A stretch of DNA of 64,000 bases from assembly GCA_963755515.1 (NCBI GenBank), contig CAVWKA010000003.1:4418-68417 (forward strand). Reading direction: 5' to 3'. The stretch is from an uncultured Verrucomicrobiae bacterium. Lineage in GTDB: Bacteria > Verrucomicrobiota > Verrucomicrobiia > Limisphaerales > UBA11358. Shown piece after piece: positions 61,781 to 64,000 of this stretch; position 1 is the first letter of the stretch, and each line of letters starts with the position of its first letter. The translations under genes and the position numbers were made by a program. The notes beneath the pieces are model-generated. The model saw only the letters and a list, made by a program, of their open reading frames with translations, was not told where the DNA came from and did no database searches.

Positions 61781-62476
61781 TCAAAGGAGGCGTTCGGTGA
61801 GCGCTTTGGCGACCGCGCCCGTACGATTGTGAACGTGCAACTTGGTGTAAATGTTGCGGAGGTGGGTATCCACCGTGTGATAACTCAGGGACAAATTGTC
61901 TGCAATTTCCTTTTTAATCAGTCCCCGGGTCATCAACTCCAGAATTTTCCGTTCGCGAGAGGTGAGTCCGTAGTCTTGTTCTTGTTTGGGCCGGGCCATT
62001 TTGGAAAACATTTCCAACACGGAACTGGCCACGCGCGGCGCCATGGGCGCGCCGCCCGCCAGCGCCTCGTGGATGGATTCAACAATATGGTCCACGGGCG
62101 ACGTCTTGAGCAGGTACCCGGAGGCGCCGGCACAAATGGCCTTGAAAATCTTTTCGTGATCGTCAAACACGGTCAGCATGACAATGCGCGTGGAAGGCGA
62201 AACGGATTTAATTTTTTGCACCGCCTCGATCCCATTTTGGCCGGGCAGTTCCACGTCCAGCAGCACGACATCCGGCACCCCGCCGCCGCGCAGAGCATCC
62301 AAAGCGTCTTCGGCGTTGGCAAAATGCCGTGAACATTCAATGCCGTCTATGCCGTTCAGCACCCTGGCCACAGTTGCACGGAACGTGTGGTTGTCCTCCA
62401 CCAACCAGACGCTGACGGCCGGCCGGAAATTAAAACTTGCGCCGGTTGCTTTGCCTGTTTTCGTAACGCTTTCCAT
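61781..62476 (-). CDS. NarL/FixJ-family response regulator (REC + LuxR-type HTH)
   Basis: VWLVEDNHTFR..VVLLDVELPGQNG..GYLLK; LTSRERKILELMTRGLIKKEIADNLSLSYHTVDTHLRNIYTKLHV. Paralog of 19774..20400. Confidence 0.9.
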   Translation of the reverse strand: MESVTKTGKATGASFNFRPAVSVWLVEDNHTFRATVARVLNGIDGIECSRHFANAEDALDALRGGGVPDVVLLDVELPGQNGIEAVQKIKSVSPSTRIVMLTVFDDHEKIFKAICAGASGYLLKTSPVDHIVESIHEALAGGAPMAPRVASSVLEMFSKMARPKQEQDYGLTSRERKILELMTRGLIKKEIADNLSLSYHTVDTHLRNIYTKLHVHNRTGAVAKALTERLL

Positions 62477-62497
62477 CTGTTCACAAGGATAATTGAG

Positions 62498-64000
62498 CTA
62501 CCCTGAACGTAGCAGTTTCTTCAAATAGCACCAGTCCCGCGTTCGCGTGATGGGTGCGACCAGCGTCACTGCCGTGCCGAAACCGGGCCGGCTTTCAATC
62601 GTAATCTGCCCGCCAATTTCGGCCGCGCGCCGCTTCATGTTTTTTAACCCGTTGCCGGCGTATTTCTGATCCCGATCGAAACCCACGCCGTTATCATGCA
62701 CGCAAAATTGAAATGCGCCGTCATTGCGGCGCACCGAGATTCCGACACTCGTGGCATGGGAATGCGTGAGCAGATTGTGGAGTGTTTCCTTGAAGAGCGG
62801 CGGAACGTTGCGACGGAACGCGAGGGGCAAGCTTGTGGAATCGAAATCCCCAACCTGGTCAAATTTGACCTCCAGCGCCGGAAGCATCACGCGAGCCGTT
62901 CCGTGCAGGCGGGCGACCAGGTCGCTTAGCCGGTCATGCGTTGGGTCAATGAGCCAGACGATGTCGCGGAGAGTGTCAATTGTTTGGGTTGCGAGGTTTC
63001 GTACCTGGGTGGCGTCCGAGCGGGAGGGCGTTTGCTCCATGATTTGAGAAAGCAGCGAAATGCTGCCCAGATTGGCCCCGACTTCGTCGTGCAAATCGCG
63101 CGCGATGCGAAGGCGTAGTTTTTCAAGCGTCCTGAAGCGGGCAATTCGAAAGGAATAAATCGCGAGCAGGACCGCGGTCAAAAACAAGCCGGTGGCGATC
63201 TCAAACCACCAGGTCTGCCAGAAATATGGCAACACGATGAGCCGGGTGGTGGCTCCAGCGTCGTTCCAGACACCATCGTTGTTGCAAGCCTGCACTTCAA
63301 ACTGGTAGTTGCCTGGCGGAAGGAAGCTATAACTTGCCGTGTGATGGGTGCCACCGTCCACCCAATTGGGTTCCAAACCAATTAGCCGCCATCTAAATCT
63401 CACCTTGTCCGGGGAAGTAAAGCTCATTGCCGCGAATTTAAATTCGAAATAGTGGCCGCCCGCGGCAATGCGCATTCGATCGGGCACGCGCGCGCCGGGT
63501 TGCGTGGGCGAAACGGGGTCATCGGTCATCCGTTTCCCATCAACCAAGACTTCCTCCAACTGCACCGGGGGCGGGCGTGGATTAAAATGCAGTGCCAGTG
63601 GGTTGACCCAGACCGGACCTTTGATTGTGGAGAACCACAAACGGCCGTCCCGGCTCTTCCAACAGGCCGGTTGAATGTTGCCGGAACATTCCAGACTTGG
63701 CAGCCCGTCGTATTTTCCATAAGTGATGAAATTGATGGGACTGTTAGAATCAGTTGCAAAGTTATTCAAGTCGCTTTTGGCCACGCGCGCAATGCCGGCC
63801 CGGGTGCCCAGCCAAAGCTCGCCACGATCGTCCTCCAAAATCTGGCTGACATCCTCATTGGGCAGGCCATTCTGGGTTGTGTAACGCGTGAAGTGGCCGT
63901 CTTCGAATCGCAAAAGACCCCCGCCGAGTGAACCAATCCAAAGGACACCGTCGGTGTCAAAGTGCAACGCCCAAAAACGTTCGCGGCCGAAAAGCGTGCC
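62498..64000 (-). CDS. Y_Y_Y/Reg_prop sensor histidine kinase (HisKA_3 + HATPase_c); the 5' part lies beyond the window edge
   Basis: The frame stays open to position 64000 (..GTLFGRERFWALHFDTDGVLWIG..). Y_Y_Y part FRWRLIGLEPNWVDGG..YQFEVQACNNDGVWN; TM helix; HisKA_3 IARDLHDEVGANLGSI; ATPase VHDNGVGF..GLKNMKRRA. Confidence 0.9.
   Translation of the reverse strand, partial: GTLFGRERFWALHFDTDGVLWIGSLGGGLLRFEDGHFTRYTTQNGLPNEDVSQILEDDRGELWLGTRAGIARVAKSDLNNFATDSNSPINFITYGKYDGLPSLECSGNIQPACWKSRDGRLWFSTIKGPVWVNPLALHFNPRPPPVQLEEVLVDGKRMTDDPVSPTQPGARVPDRMRIAAGGHYFEFKFAAMSFTSPDKVRFRWRLIGLEPNWVDGGTHHTASYSFLPPGNYQFEVQACNNDGVWNDAGATTRLIVLPYFWQTWWFEIATGLFLTAVLLAIYSFRIARFRTLEKLRLRIARDLHDEVGANLGSISLLSQIMEQTPSRSDATQVRNLATQTIDTLRDIVWLIDPTHDRLSDLVARLHGTARVMLPALEVKFDQVGDFDSTSLPLAFRRNVPPLFKETLHNLLTHSHATSVGISVRRNDGAFQFCVHDNGVGFDRDQKYAGNGLKNMKRRAAEIGGQITIESRPGFGTAVTLVAPITRTRDWCYLKKLLRSG

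Overview
High-GC chromosomal segment, probably from a PVC-group bacterium and most likely Verrucomicrobiota. This placement is an inference from H-X9-DG pseudopilin-like proteins, Y_Y_Y propeller sensor kinases, an ECF-sigma/Ser-Thr-kinase pairing and REP-like intergenic motifs. No rRNA, tRNA, CRISPR array or transposase was recognised. Content from left to right: (1) An edge-truncated 104-bp tandem repeat, a pilin-like gene and a PAS hybrid histidine kinase. (2) A co-directional minus-strand string from 15.3 to 3.4 kb: LpxO-like hydroxylase, GT-C-like membrane protein, YejE/OppC-like permease, a HicB/HicA-like insert, OppD-like ATPase, TetR, RND pump, adaptor and outer-membrane factor. (3) A sensor kinase with a lectin-like propeller plus Y_Y_Y domains and its NarL-type regulator, followed by a ~25-kb glycan-utilisation locus. 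That locus holds a giant LamG/DUF2341 protein, GH27, a pseudopilin-like protein, an uncharacterised TIM-barrel-like enzyme, two phosphoesterases, GH2, GH31 and an S53 peptidase. (4) Repeat-rich junk DNA with a DNA-methylase remnant. (5) A KaiC homologue coupled to a hybrid kinase with a pseudo-receiver domain. (6) An ECF sigma factor with kinase and sigma remnants around a PAP2 gene. (7) A second glycan locus with two GH78 rhamnosidases and its own Y_Y_Y kinase/NarL pair; the kinase runs off the right edge. At least 12 single-base frame breaks interrupt otherwise recognisable genes. They cluster in regulators, the efflux genes and the LamG giant, while about 20 kb of enzyme genes are intact. 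I cannot tell from the sequence whether these are real pseudogenes or indel errors. The most interesting leads are the lectin-propeller sensor kinase, the phosphoesterase-containing glycan locus with a recurrent C-terminal [FY]YR module, and the KaiB-less KaiC/pseudo-receiver kinase pair.
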